From Eledone cirrhosa (lineage: Eukaryota): 64,000 nt of DNA. The DNA lies in NCBI GenBank assembly GCA_964016885.1, contig OZ024741.1, positions 355,198,001 through 355,262,000 on the forward strand. Reading direction: 5' to 3'. Under the pieces are notes generated by a model. The model saw only the letters and a list, made by a program, of their open reading frames with translations, was not told where the DNA came from and made no database searches. How positions within the stretch are numbered: the first letter of the stretch is position 1; each line of letters begins with the position of its first letter. This document shows, piece by piece, positions 1 to 13,966 of the stretch. A program made the position numbers and the translations under genes.

Positions 1-369
1 CAGTGATTCAATTGTCACTGGGAACCACCAATCTAGGTAATTCAGAGATTCAACTGTCACTAGGAACCACCAGTCTAGTTAATTCAGTGATTCAATTGTC
101 ACTGGGAACCACCAATCTAGGTAATTCAGAGATTCAACTGTCACTAGGAACCACCAGTCTAGTTAATTCAGTGATTCAATTGTCACTGGGAACCACCAAT
201 CTAGGTAATTCAGAGATTCAACTGTCACTAGGAACCACCAGTCTAGTTAATTCAGTGATTCAATTGTCACTGGGAACCACCAATCTAGGTAATTCAGAGA
301 TTCAACTGTCACTAGGAACCACCAGTCTAGTTAATTCAGTGATTCAATTGTCACTGGGAACCACCAATC
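1..369. repeat. Tandem minisatellite: 84-bp unit made of two alternating 42-bp variants, about 4.4 copies, truncated by the window edge
   Basis: A=cagtgattcaattgtcactgggaaccaccaatctaggtaatt and B=cagagattcaactgtcactaggaaccaccagtctagttaatt differ at 5 positions and alternate ABABABAB plus a partial A. The 84-mers appear identical. Confidence 0.95.
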
Positions 370-572
370 AAAGCAAAACCCAGCACAATTTGAAAAAGAA
401 TGAAAGGGAACATCAACTATAATAATAGCCAATGTGAGTATATTTATTTATATATTTGTAGGTCACTCACTGAAAGGAAGATGGCTGGGGGGGGGGGGGG
501 GGGACAAACTATAGAAAACAGCGACCAGTGTTCTAAGATGCGTTACACTTGTGTGAGTATATGTGTAGCAAA

Positions 573-760
573 TTGGCTTGGAAGTATCGGTAGAGGGTCG
601 GACGACATGCTTTGACGCATAGAGTTATGGCCCTTGCCATTCTGAATTCAAATCCCGCCGAGGTTAACTTTGTCTTTCATCCTTACGGGGTCGATAAAAT
701 AAAGTACCAGTAATGCACTGAGTAATTGCTGGCCTTGTGCCAAAAGTAAAAACAATTATT
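573..760 (+). mobile_element. tRNA-derived SINE (family with a 'gcctttcatccttacggggtcgataaaataaagtacc' core and an ATT tail)
   Basis: A-box-like head, B-box-like ttcaaatcc, conserved central motif, ending acaattatt. Many related copies occur in the window. Confidence 0.8.
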
Positions 761-772
761 AACTTTGAAAAT

Positions 773-958
773 GGTGGATTGGCAGTATCGGTAGAGGGTC
801 GGACGCCATGCTTTGCCGCATAGAGTTACGGCCCTTGCCATTCTGAGTTCAAATCCCGCCAAGGTTAACTTTGCCTTTCATCCTTACGGGGTCGATAAAA
901 TAAAGTACCAGTAATGCACTGGGTAATTGCTGGCCTTGTGCCAAAAGGCGAAACAATT
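773..958 (+). mobile_element. Second copy of the same SINE, inserted directly behind the first
   Basis: tggcagtatcggtag head and gagttcaaatcc B box. Flanked by the direct repeat attaactttgaaaat (758-772 and 959-973). Confidence 0.85.
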
Positions 959-1511
959 ATTAACTTTGAAAATAATCAAGAATTTGGAGGGAGTTAGTAA
1001 TATAACTAACTTTTCATTATCAACATCACTTAAAGGTTCTTACATAAAGTTATGATGGAAAGAAAGACTTTAGTAAGATAGAAACATTTTAAAATAAATA
1101 GCTTAGTATCTCTGCAAAACCAAAAGCAATTTCAGGTGGTTTGGTATTCAAGTGCTTGTCTGTTAGTACTTTGACACAGTTAACTGTATGAGAACATCTG
1201 AATAAAGGAATGAGTAAAACTAAAACACTTTAAAAAAAAATTGGAATATGAAGAGAGTAGGGGTAGAGACAGAACGAAAAGCAAAGAATTCAAAGAATAT
1301 AAAAATATTTTGTTGTTGTTGTTGTTTTTAAATTGAAGGAAAGAAAAAAAAAATGAAAATAAGATTCTTGAAAGAAATTCCACCAAATAGTTGGAAACAT
1401 TAAATCTGAAATTCCTAATTGGGCATATAAATGATGATGATGAATTATATAAATGACAGTCTAACTCATGCTAGCATGGAAAAATTGATGTAAAATGGTG
1501 ATGATGATGAT

Positions 1512-2628
1512 GTGCATAAAGAAATGCAGAGAAACCCCATGGCTGGAACCCTCAGAAGAAGCAGGCCCAGAAAAGTATGGGATGAGATTGTGAAGGCTGA
1601 CCTTAAAAAACTAAACTTCACATCGGAAATAACCAAGGACCATGAGAGCTGGCACTATGCTGTGCTGAAGAAGCCCCAACCTACAGCAACCATGTGACCT
1701 GACTTATCCCTATGCCCCCCCCCCCCTTCACTAGCAGTTATTCTCAACATCACTACACCACCCTCACCAGCCATCCCTCCCAGCACTCACGCCTAGCTGC
1801 TGCCCCCTTAAAAGTCTCTAGACTCCTTCACTATCATACTCTTGTAGCCACTCTCCTCACTCTTATACACACCACTCCTTCCTCTTCCACTAGCACTCCC
1901 TAGCACCTATCCTTACCATCACTACATGCTCCCTCTTGTATTCATCCCTTAGCTGCTGTCTCCTTCACACCAAAAAAAAAAAAAAAAACCCTTAGATACC
2001 CTCACTATCACCCCCCAGTAGCTACTCCCTGCAACCCCCCCACGCCCCCCCCCCTCCACTTTCACTCAGCTATTCTCTCCATCACTATACCTCCTGTTTC
2101 CAGCATTGTGTGTTCTCATTTCTATGAGAAACAGAGATAGAAAGAGGGGTCAAGAGGACTCTTCAACCATGCCATGGTATAGCAACCACTCTAGTGTTAG
2201 TGATCTACACAATAAATGAACCCAGTAAGCACTGAAAAGTGGTTGGTAATAGGAAGGGCATCCAGCCATAGAAAGCTTGCCAAACAAAGGGCTAGGAGGA
2301 CCCCTCAGTTACGTCAAAGACATGACAGTGTTGGTGACCTACATGACTAATCCCCCCAGTACATGCTGTAAAGTGGTTAGTGATAGGAAGGGTATCCAGC
2401 CATAAAAAGCTTACCAAACAAAGGGTTGGGAAGACCCTTAGTTGTGTCAAAGACATGACAACTTCTCCTGTGCACTCAGTAGAATGTGTGACTGTACATA
2501 AGCGAGATGCAGATCCCTAGCCTACCTGGGAGATCAGTAGCGCCGCTCCAGTACTGACTTGTTCTATGTAGACCCGTCCAACCCTTACTAGCAGGGAAAG
2601 CAGAAGTTAAAACGATGATGATGATGAT
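1512..2628 (+). mobile_element. 5'-truncated RTE LINE 3' end (C-terminus, 3' UTR and (gat)n tail)
   Basis: Peptide RSRPRKVWDEIVKADLKKLN, 3' UTR motifs ggaagggcatccagc and cccgtccaaccc, terminal aaacgatgatgatgatgat. Confidence 0.75.
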
Positions 2629-3584
2629 ACACACACACACATATGCATATTTTATGTTTACATAACTTCATCAAAACTTTAAAGTACGCAGTCGTCACCA
2701 TTAATAACAAATATACATAATATAATGACAAAGATTTATTGAGAAATGAAAGGTGTTTTTTATGGAGGAGAAAAGTGTGTTAAAAAGTTTGGTTCTAGCA
2801 AATGTTTTTAGTGACACTTTCTCACACCCCCACCCCTTTCTAAACTGCCTTCTTGTCAGTCTTCTGTGTCATTGATTCTTGAAGATGCTCCCCTCCCTCA
2901 ATCACACCCACATTTTATATTACTCAGCTGTTCACAGATTTAGAAGTACTTTTAGTTTCTTTCTCTTATGCATATATGTACATATACACCATGAACACAT
3001 ATCACATGAATACAGAACTCCCATCCAACCAAACAAGGGGCCCTTAGCAGAGCCCATCGACCTGCTAAAAATAGCAGCTAATTCTCCTTTAAATTTGCTA
3101 CCATATTTCATTTAAATAAAGAAAGAACACATTTGATAGTCTAAGAAAAGTCAGAATAGTCTACCTGGAATAACTTTATTCATAAGTCTGATCGATTAAA
3201 GCTGACCTAGAGCTAAACAACAGCAACAACATCATGTATGCTAACATATAATATAAAAATGGGGGAGGGGGCATTACATGGCAGCATAATCTGTGAAACA
3301 AAAAGACATGCAAAACACAATGTACTTATATATATGCACATTACACACTCATTCATTAACATATATATATACATACACACACACGTTCATTCACAAACAT
3401 GTGCATACACATTAGACATAGAAATAGACACACAAGCTCATTGATACACACAGCATGCAAACACACACTAAGAAATCAAGAAAAGGAACACTTTCACATG
3501 CATATTCAGTCACATGCATATTCAATAATCAAACAAAATATATACCCACGCATAACAAATATACACACATACGCATTCAACAAT

Positions 3585-3848
3585 TAACCCTTTTAATACC
3601 AAACTGGCCAAAACCACACACTGGTTCTATGATACAGAGTTATCTATTTTAATGTGCTTACATTTGTCTAAAAACCTTCCATCATAATGCTTATGTAACA
3701 ACCTTTATTAAGTTACATGCCAAATATCACTTTAATAATAAGAAAGTTAGTCATCTGACTAAATCCTTCCAAATTTTTTGTTATTTAAAAAAATATTTGG
3801 AAAATCATGAGCAGTGTCTTTTGTTAGAAATAGGGTAATGAAAGGGGC
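3585..3848. mobile_element. piggyBac-like MITE (TTAA-CCCTTT...AAAGGG ends)
   Basis: Starts ttaacccttttaatacc and ends ggtaatgaaagggg. Related ends occur at 5739-5965, 17907-18120, 33756-33960, 39002, 39655 and 48764-49177. Confidence 0.55.
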
Positions 3849-6169
3849 CATTAGACATGTGCACGGCATGCATTCATACACATATTGACAAACTGAAAAA
3901 TATCAGTCACATTTATATCTCTCATTCTTAGATATGTAATACACACCCAAATGCAGACAAACAGGCGTGCTTGTACACACATATATACACAAACAGACAG
4001 ACACACACAGACGCCCACATACATACATCTTTCTTGAAGCTTCCTTTATTATCTTCCCAGGTTTTCAGGAGTTCCAAAAGTTTGTTGAAATCTCATCAGA
4101 CCTACACCCCTGGGGTAAATATGTAGATTTACTCTTCTGGAAATACAGAACAAAAGAGGAGGAGGGGGAAAGGAATACCTGTAAAAGAAGATAGCATGGA
4201 GAAGCAGGATTTTTGAGTGGAATTTTATCAGTGGGGGGTTCAAAGTTTCTTTCAAGCTGCCTTTCTTTCTGTGAATGCTAATTCTTCAATATATGCAAAC
4301 ATTTTCTGTATCCCAAGAAATTCCCCAGGACCAGGTACAGTCTACCCTACTGCACCACCTACCCCTCTCATATAACCTGGTATGGAGTTGGGAGGAAAGG
4401 AAACAGCTCAAGTAACTCCTTAAATGTATTTATAGTGTAAACATCAATTTTCCAGACAGGCATTAGACCATAAAATATATATTTCGGTTGAACTAACCTC
4501 AAAGTATGCTTGATATGTATTTTATTGAATATATGGGAATTAAAAAAAACTAAGATGGCTTCTGGCAGGATTTGAGCTACAAAAACGTAAATAAATAAAT
4601 AAAAAGGAATAGGACTAAATACTTTAACACATTTAGTGAAGCAGTTTACAATTTCTGCCATTTGGATGTCTTTTATTGAGTTACTATTAATTTCCTTTTA
4701 AAAATTTAGAGGACTCTTCAGTTATGTTAATCACCATCATTTTTTACAACAATTTTCTCATGATGGCATGCATTGGACGGGATGTTTTGAGACAATGTTT
4801 TACAGCTGGATGCCTTTCCTGATACCTACTCTTTTAGTTACTTCTCGGGACATGCAAGGATATGGAGTACCTATACTAAAAACTGGGATACAAGAACATG
4901 ACAAATTTTCTAGTGCTAGTGCAATGCTAAAATGCACCCAGTACACTCTGTCAAGTGATTGGAGTTGGGAAGAGCGCCCAACTGTAGAAACTGTCAAAAC
5001 TAGATGTGACACTTTGCGGTATCTGTTCCAGCTCTTTGCATTCTGAGTTCAAATTCTGCACCCTGTCCAACCCGCAATTAATGAGTACAGAAAGGCAGGC
5101 CTAAAAACCAGCATAACTGCTGGGGTTACACCCTGCAGTGGATCACCAATAGCTGAATAGTAAGAGATATGATATAAAGGTGGGCAAGGAGTTGTTAGAG
5201 CATCAGATGTGATGCCATATAATATCTGATCTGGATCTTTGCATTCTGATTTGCCTACTTAAGTGGTAGACTTAATCAGCGACCAGGTTTAACATCAACA
5301 TCTATCACTTAATTTTTTTTAGTGGAGTTCACTCTTTTACAAGCATTTAAACCTGAATAGGGCTGTAAGAACTGCTCTGCCCTCCCTATCAAAACAGTAA
5401 TTTTTTTTTTAAATCTGAATCAATCATGGTACATTGCAGGCACTTATTTCATGAAGCTCAATCGACTGTGTACCCTTCCTTACAACTTTGTGGCATTGAG
5501 CCAATTTCAGAAATCATTATAAGAACTGAAAGAAAAATAAATGCTGTCTCTTTCTATTATCTTTCAATTTATCTTTATAAATTATGTAGACTAAATAGTA
5601 CAGATATGAGCAAAAAACCTAATTACAGCTTTAACTTCTTGCAAATTGAATTTTTAATAATGATTTCTTACATTGGCAGAAAGCCAGAAATTTGTAATGG
5701 AGATATTTTGAATAATAGACTTTATTCTGTCATCTGATTTAACCCTTTTGATAACCTACTGCCTTTGGTCCTATGAAATAAAAACATCCATTTAAAGGGT
5801 TCCTATATAAATTAAAATCTTACAACATAATTTTATATAAGAACCATTTGTTACAAGTGCTATCCTAAGAATGAAATAAATAATTTTAGTAAATCCTTCT
5901 AAAATCTTCATGAATTAATTGAAATAGACTGCATTTCATTAAAACTATGATCATGAAAGGATTAATGCCACCATGTGACCAGGGATGACTTTAGCAAGTC
6001 CACTCTGTTGCAAGCCTTTGGAATTGATCTTCAGTTTCATGTTACTTCTTCCACACTCCACCAGTCTTGGTAGTATTGCAATAGATCATGGATGTTGCTC
6101 TTCTCTTTGACATTTTCTTACACTCTTAGTCGTTTAGAGAAAGGTGGTGCCTATAGCCTTTTTCAGGCT

Positions 6170-6930
6170 CTCCAAAATTGGTGGAAAGGGGGGAGAAAAG
6201 TACTTAGAAAACCAGAGGCCTTGTCCGAATACTTGCAACAGACTAGGCTTTGCTAGAGGTAACCTCCTTTCTGAAGTTCAGTATCCTAATATCAACATTC
6301 ACCATTTTTTGGCATCTTTTTCCATGGTCATCCTCTTCTGCTGATTCCTTCCATATGGATCTCTTTGCACTACATTACAGGCCCATCATCAAAAAGGAGT
6401 ACTGGGTGGCACTTCCCCCTATGTTTCAATGGATTTATAAAAGAAATTACAGTAATATACCTATTCCAAAACTCTTCTTCACCCACTTATTCCTGGGAGG
6501 GTCAGAAGCAATGGTCTCCAATTGGCTGGATCTTGCCAGTTGGCTTTGCCCATAAAATCTATCCAGCAATTCTTTCTTGAGACATTCTAACCACATGCCC
6601 GTAATATTGGAACTGTGATCCCTCAATTCAGAGAAATAGTGGTTCTATGTGGAGTGACTCTCGGATCTCCGGACTATACCCTCTATCAAGCAACATTACT
6701 CTAAAGACCCTTCAGAGGAATCACATTTCGGTCATTTGTATTCACAATCATATTCTTTTGGTCATTACCCAAGATTCATGACCATAGGTAAGAATTGGTG
6801 CAAATACCTAATTGAAGATAGTGGGTTTGGCTTTTACACCTGTCTCCCTTCTTCTGATGACCCAATGCTGAAGCTGGTGCATTACTGCAGCAGCTCCTGC
6901 AAGAATTGCTTAACCATAGCCTTAGAATTA
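6170..6930 (-). mobile_element. Degenerate RTE LINE C-terminal fragment (Rex3/Expander-like subfamily)
   Basis: Minus-strand LTYGHESWVMTKRI motif and RMSQE. Homologous to 53865-54245. Confidence 0.75.
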
Positions 6931-7843
6931 CTATGAACTCGAGTGCCCACCCAGAATGTTCCAAAGCCTGGAGATGGTCCTGCTTCCTTATCTAACCACC
7001 ATCTATGTCCATCACATAACCACACCAGTGCAGTCTTCTCTCTAGCACATCACATCTTACTAATCACAGATCCAATTTTTTTTCTCCCAGCTCACTTGTG
7101 CCTCATTGATCATGCACACTAACTACATATATAGCAAACCATGCTCACCTCATTTCTTTCCAGCTTTCATACATCCCCCATATCCAATGTTTTATTATCA
7201 TACAATATCATTGCATTTAATCTTGTACATTTACTTTTCAACTCCAACTTTGCAAGGTTAATTTTGACTTTCATCCTTCTTGTAGGCAATAATATACCTG
7301 TAGTATAACTAGAGTTGGAATGATCCAATATTGCCTTTATTCTGAACAAGCAATTTGAATTCTAAATAAAGAACCAATGAAGGCACCCATATGTGGTTGC
7401 TTGACCTGCTAGAATTAGCAGACAAATTACCCTCAAACAATATCTTACCATCTGAAAAAAAAAAAAGGACACAGTTACATTTTCTAAAAATAAGATGGGA
7501 TGATCATATCTGGATGACTTTGAGCATAGATCTGCTTGACTGGGATTAAACAACAACAACCAGTATGGATTTCTTTTGAATTGCAGCATTATTTTGAAGG
7601 TTTAGGAGTTTAGTCAACTGAATCATCCACAGTTTATTAGTAGTATTTACAGAACTGCACAGTTATTTAGTTCAGCATTCAATCTAATAACTTGAATATC
7701 TTTACTGTCATTGTTGAACTATTTTTTGGTTTCTCTTCATTTATGTCTAGTGAAGCGGGAGCATGATGTTGTGATGGACATACCTTTCTTCATTGGTATT
7801 AGCATTAAAGGTAGAATGAAACGATCGCAACTTGAGGTTGAGA

Positions 7844-8040
7844 CAGTAGCATAGTCAGAGGGGGCAGTTCGCCCCCGGGCGACAATTTTATGGACATTTT
7901 GGGGTCTACTGTAGGCTGTAAGCGTTTTTTTAATGTTGCAGCATAATACTATAATTGTACACAGACTGGGGGGGGGGGGTGCTCGAGTACAGCAATTTGA
8001 AGGGTTGCCCTGGGCTACACACATTCTAGCTATATCACTA
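7844..8040. mobile_element. hAT-type MITE
   Basis: Degenerate TIRs cagtagcatagt / gctatatcacta. 8-bp TSD ggttgaga (7836-7843) / tgttgaga (8041-8048). Confidence 0.7.
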
Positions 8041-8869
8041 TGTTGAGACATATGATGAAAAGCATTCCTGTCATGACCATTAGCATATTGTTCAAATCAT
8101 TTTTGGGTGCAGACGTTCATAATTTTCCAACAAAAATGTTTATGCACGCCAATCGTTATTATAACATCTTTATTCATTATTTCATTGTACATATTTTATT
8201 AAGTTTTGTGTAATTAAAATAAACAAGCAAAGTAGACAATATTTTTTGAAAATTTTAAACTTTTCCGACAAAATTTTGGGGTGTGGAGGGGGACCCCCAG
8301 CAATGGTCATGACTATACCACCTTATTTTCAAGTGGTGAGTGTAGAACAAAACACCTGGCAGCATTTGTTCTGATTTTCTGTGCTCTGAGTTCAAATCTT
8401 GCTGGAATCAACATTACTGTTATACTTTTTGAGGTGGATAAAATAAAGTACCTGTCCTGGCTGCTGGATTGGTGGACCTGCTTAGTTTTCCTGTCTTCGT
8501 GTTCTGAGTTCAAATCAAGCAGTCATATTTGGATGGTAGATTTAAGATAGACTTAATCTATTGCCCGCTTTAACAGTGCCATTTAACTGTTGGGCGTCTT
8601 TCGTGGAGTCCACTATGTAAATACTTGGACTAGATCTCTGATTTGAGGATACCTTCCTCTCTCTCCTTCCCACTAATCTTGGAGGCCTTCGAAAAGGTAA
8701 TGAGCAGTCTTTTCTTCCCTGACTAAATATTAAAAATATATATTAAAAATGAACGTGGTGATCTAGCACCACACTATCCAGAATGCTATTCATGTTTTAT
8801 GGTGAAAGAATGTAATTTGAAGGAGATTTAACTTTTATTCCCATTAATTTTAACTGCTCAAGAGCTTAC

Positions 8870-9330
8870 CTGCGATATTCAATACACTGAGGAAGGAAAT
8901 AATCAGTGCCAGAGAAGGAAAAATGGCAAAAGTAGCCGTATAGAATTGTTGTTGAGTGAAAGAGAGATATCCAGTGGTGGTGGTAGGAGAGAGAAGGAAA
9001 GGTAGGGCGTAAGTAGAAGAAAACACATACAACACGCACGTAAACATATATAAAGAGAGAGGGTGAGCAAGAACGAAAGTACAAGCGGAGGAGAAAGTAT
9101 GTAATTAGAAAGAGGTGTATGGGGAGGGAAATATAAACAGAAATACTGTAGGCTGAATGAAATATAAACAGAGTGTGTATGAGGAGTGAAATAATTGACT
9201 GGTTGGATACTTTGACTACTGTTGCTCGGTAATCAATGAACACGATCATTTGTCAACACTCACTGCCAACCATCGATCAGGATCGGAGAAACGAAGGGAG
9301 CGGGAGATAGACGAACGATAGAACGCGGTA
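8870..9330 (-). other. Candidate non-coding 5' exon of an unidentified minus-strand gene that continues off the left edge; upstream boundary uncertain
   Basis: Consensus donor CAG|gtaagc at 8870/8869. Repeat-free pyrimidine-rich leader within a CpG-richer zone. No convincing ORF. Confidence 0.45.
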
Positions 9331-12300
9331 AAGGAGAGTCATGGACATGGCTAATTTCTAATTACAGCAACAACAGAGTGTACACAACCAAACGTTAATG
9401 CATGTAATAATGTATCTGTGTAATTGATTTACGTGCATCGCATACGAGAGACACGCAAGACAGAGAGGGGCAGTTAAGTGACTTCTGTGTACGTCGCAAG
9501 CAAATACATTCAAGCACGCAAATATATTGGATATAGTCTGCTGCTATGTTTTGGAAGTAGCCTTTTTTTGCCAAATCTCCTCTCCGCGTCTCTCTCTCCA
9601 CACACACAATGTTATATGTACTTGTCTATAGAGAATAAACAAGAGAACCTTGAACAAGAAAATGCCAAGCTCCTGATTGCTGAATTATTCATAAGTGAGG
9701 AGCAAGTAGCAGGGTTTGTGGTTGTGTTTCGAACCCGAAAACGGTTGGAAGACGAGGGGAAGAAGTGGTTGTTGTTGGCTAGAAGTAGTAATACAGCTCG
9801 AGATAAACCATTTGAAAAAAAATAGAACTTTGCTATAGAAATTGTATGCCTGAGCAAAACTACAGCAGCAGAAAGAGGAGGGAAAAGGGAAAGAGGTGGA
9901 GAGCACATACGCACAATACATGCATATTATGTAGATTATTAAACTACCACAGTAAATTGACGCAAGAAAGGAGGAATAGAGTAAGAGCAACACGTCTAAC
10001 TACAAACTGCAAAAACCATCAATAGATACATCTTACACGCGCGCGCATCCGACCACTGTAAGCCAAGTTGCGTAAAAAAATAAATAAAAGCATGTTACAG
10101 ATAGCTTTTGTCTGACCCTCGTATAACCTACAAAAACAAATATCAGTAAATAAACAGTTATCAATTTAATTGACAAATACTTTCCTTTAAGCTGTGTTTT
10201 CTCTAAACAATATCATACCTTTCTCTTTTATATCTTCAATAAACACACCTTTCATATTTATCATATCGCACGAGAAATAAACAAATTGAGTACTTGTTAT
10301 TTCTATATCTTTTTTTCTTGTTGTTTTCCGTTTAGTAGAAATCGTTTATATACCTCGGTATTTTTTACTTTTTTTTTTAAGCTTGAATGATTTCTCTTAT
10401 TTCAGTTGCTTCATTTACATACTTGTTACACACACACGCTTGTTACACATGCATACTTGGTTCGATACCATAGAAGACATAGCTAACAAGTGCCACATTT
10501 TATTCAACTGTATAGATTTGCCTGTAAAGATAGTGTTACAGTTTAGCCCCAAATCAACTCTGAGCAAGCAAATCATAATCAAACCAGGCTTGACAATCAA
10601 GTTTTCTTTCTCTCGGGCATAGTATGTCTAGGGTGGCTTTATCCCTTTTTTAAAGACACTATGGTGTGATTTAGGAAGGTTTAGCTGCTGTTTCTAACAT
10701 ATCGTGAGACCCCGTAGAGGCTGCCTCGTTATAGTCTTCGTCTCTGCTCTCCTTGCGATATATTCTCCACCTAAATATATAAACAAAACTGTATAATTGT
10801 GTAATGGGTCAATTTCCATTTAGAACTTGAATTATTTTCTTAATTCTAATAGCCCTTGTAGCAAATAATAACAATAAGCAATCAAGTTTTTCCATTTGCA
10901 ATGTGCATCTCTAAAATGATAAACAATCTTAGTGACATAACTGGAGATTTTAAATCATTAAGTGCCAGAACAGCAACAAGATACACTAGTGGCCGGCGAG
11001 CAGTGGTAGTCGTCTCCTGTCACATATTGATTTTTTTTCTTCTCTTACTCGCGTTTTTTTTCTTTCTTTTAAGGCAAGATATGCGATTGACATATATTGC
11101 TTGCCTCGAGGAAATTAGTGGTGTGGGTGTGAAAAGTTAGGACGTCAATGTCTTTTTTTAATTAAAAAAAAAATATTATCAACGCGAATGGTGTGAAATG
11201 AGAAACTGTGAGACTGGTGTGCGTGTGTGTGTGTGTGTGTCTGTGTGTTTTGAAGGACATTAGTAAAGCAAGCTGTGTAAAATAGCACAACTGAGAATCG
11301 AAACCGGACCACTAAATGTATTTGTTTTCTTATTAAGCTTACCCCCCTCTACTCTGCAGATTTCGACAAAAATATAATAATCGTTTCCAATAAAGTCACA
11401 AAACCAATTTTTATTAGTGGCGGGCGAGGGTTAAGCCAATCTTCGCCGGTACTTGAATGGTTCTATATTTTATCGAACTCAGAAGAATGAAAAGCAAACT
11501 TGACCGTGGCCCAACAAATAACGTAAATCATTTTATCCAGAGCTCAAACAATGTAGGTAATCCAACGTAATGATAATAATAATAATAATAATAATAATGG
11601 TTTCTGATTTTAGGCACAAATAATAATAGGGGTGTAATGGATAAATTCTACGCCGCTGCACACCCTCGTACATTTTGATTCAGAGGAAAATTTGACCAGA
11701 TCATTGAAGGGCGAAATAAATTATGTTTTTTTTACAAGGCCGGCGAATTAATGTTTCTGTCATACCACCACTTTTCTGGACAGTACTAGTAACAGTAATA
11801 TTAGTTTTGCTAATAATAAAAATTAACATTACAATAAACACACACAGTCCTGCTCGCACCTGGGCGGACGAAACTGCACCTGGGTGGTAGAACAGAAACA
11901 TATGATTTTGTATTTCTCCATTCTCATTATTTTATGTTTACCTAAGATTCTAATATTGCGATTAAAAAAAAAAAAATAATAGTAATAATGATCTCTGTTG
12001 ACTTCGGAGGTGGGGACTCCATTTATTCAATTAGAATGAGAAGCTGGAATATTTATGTCTCTCCAAAAGGGATTACGGCAATAAAAGAAGCACAATGGTT
12101 TCAACTTGCAATCGAAAAATAATGCAATGGGGAATGTTAAAATAATGGGTCCAGTTTTGATCAAAGAAATGACCAATGACTTTAATTAAAACATTTATCA
12201 AAACAAAATAATAATAAACTCGGCGAAGTTTCCCTTTCATTTATAGATAATGATAGAAAAATTATAACAACTATAAATCATATTGGTGGTGGTGTGGTTG

Positions 12301-12700
12301 TGTTCGTCACCTCTCTCTCCACAAAACGAAGGTTCGGAAAAGAGCACCTGGTTTCTGTACTAAGTTCATTAATTAATGTAATGATGCAAGCCATATAATC
12401 ATGTGAAGAAAGTGAGTCGACGGTCAGGTAGAAGATATGTAGAATGAAAGAAACAAGTGTTTATTGCTGCTTACCCTGGAGGAGAATGTCAGTTATGTGT
12501 CCGTGGCTCAGTTTAAGTCTGCTACAACGAGCCTACATCAGCTCCCCGTTCGCCTTAGCAGAAGTCACATTGCTCAATTTATTTACTAACAATTGAAGAA
12601 AGCGACCAAATCAAGGGACGTAACTCATACCGATAACAGCTGCAACAAGCGATAAGATTATTTTTCTCTTGATTTAGTTTGGAAAAAATAAATATTTTCT
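9250..12700. promoter_or_regulatory. CpG-enriched, comparatively transposon-poor region; probable promoter or alternative first exons
   Basis: Visibly more CG dinucleotides than the flanks (for example cacgcgcgcgcatccgacc at about 10036). Minus-strand donors at 8870 and 12475. Confidence 0.4.
12475..12660 (-). other. Candidate upstream alternative first exon
   Basis: Donor CAGG|gtaagc at 12475/12474, preceded by a GC-richer unique segment. Confidence 0.35.
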
Positions 12701-13849
12701 TTATCTAAAGAGTTAGACATACAAATAAATAATACCTAGCTTGATATTCAATTTATTATTTTTTTCTTTCTGACATTTTTATTAATTTGTTTCATTTATT
12801 AGTTTTTCACTTTCATTACTTAAATAGAATTTATGTCCCGATGATAATACATTTATATCACCAGGACATAAATAGAATTTATATAATGAAGACTAATAAA
12901 TGATTTACAACTGAAACAACGTCTATTTCAAATGCTTGCATGGAGCAGTTGTGAGGCTAGTCAGGTCACTTGATCAAATCTGTTTTGGCCTTGGATGCCC
13001 TTCCTAGCACCAACCTCATTACAGTGTGTATTGGGAGTTTTTCTTGCAGCACCACCACCACCACTTTACAGGGTGGACTGGGTTCTTTTTGTCATGCCCC
13101 CAGCATGACCACCATACAGAGTGAGCTAGGTACTTTTTGTTGATGTGGCACCAACATTATCATTATACAGAGTGGGAGAGCAGGTGGGGTATTTTCAGCA
13201 GTTTGGATGGACGAGGAGAGTACATCAACAGTCATTAGACATCTACTTCCCTCATCTTTGCCTGGGCTAGATGGGTTGTCATGTTTGTATACTAGGCCAG
13301 ATAGGAGACCACATCTAGTTCATGGGGTCTTTGTATATTGGTGTGGGCTAGGCTGACTACAAGGGGAAGGGGTGAAAGTAGGGCCTGTCTTTCCATGCTG
13401 GAAGGAGTTGTTGGATGCGCAAGGGGGTGGGGGGAAATAAGTGGAGGAGGTCTAAGGTGAAGTACTTAGGTAGTGAAAGTGGGGGATGAGTGAGTACTAA
13501 GTTGGGGAGATGTATGAGGGACATTGATGCAGACCATCCTCTCCATGTTTGCTTCATCCTGTACACATGGGCAGAATATATATATATCTTTATCTTATAT
13601 ATATATAGGATAAAGATCCCATATATATATATATATATATAGGATAAAGATCCCATAACTCTTGTGGAATCATAGAAGCACCGTCATATGCCACTTTTAA
13701 ACTTGGCGGGCCCAACCCTCTCCAGGTCTGAACAATTTTTTCAATAGAGGAAGAATCGACCCCAATACTGGACTGGTACTTTTTTTATCAACCTCGAAAG
13801 GATGAAAAGCAAAGTTGACCATGGCGGGATTTGAACTCAGAACGCGGCT

Positions 13850-13892
13850 ATGTATATATATATATATATATGTTTGTATGTATATATATATG

Positions 13893-13960
<68 letters not shown>

Positions 13961-13966
13961 TATATA
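13850..13966. repeat. (TA)n/(TATG)n microsatellite
   Basis: Directly visible. Confidence 0.95.

Noticed and set aside
1-369. CRISPR-like array of palindromic repeats
   Set aside because: The units are contiguous with no unique spacers, there are no cas genes, and the context is eukaryotic.
4027-4661. Possible minus-strand exons around 4.0-4.6 kb
   Set aside because: Several acceptor-like sites are present, but no consistent open frame or recognisable peptide.
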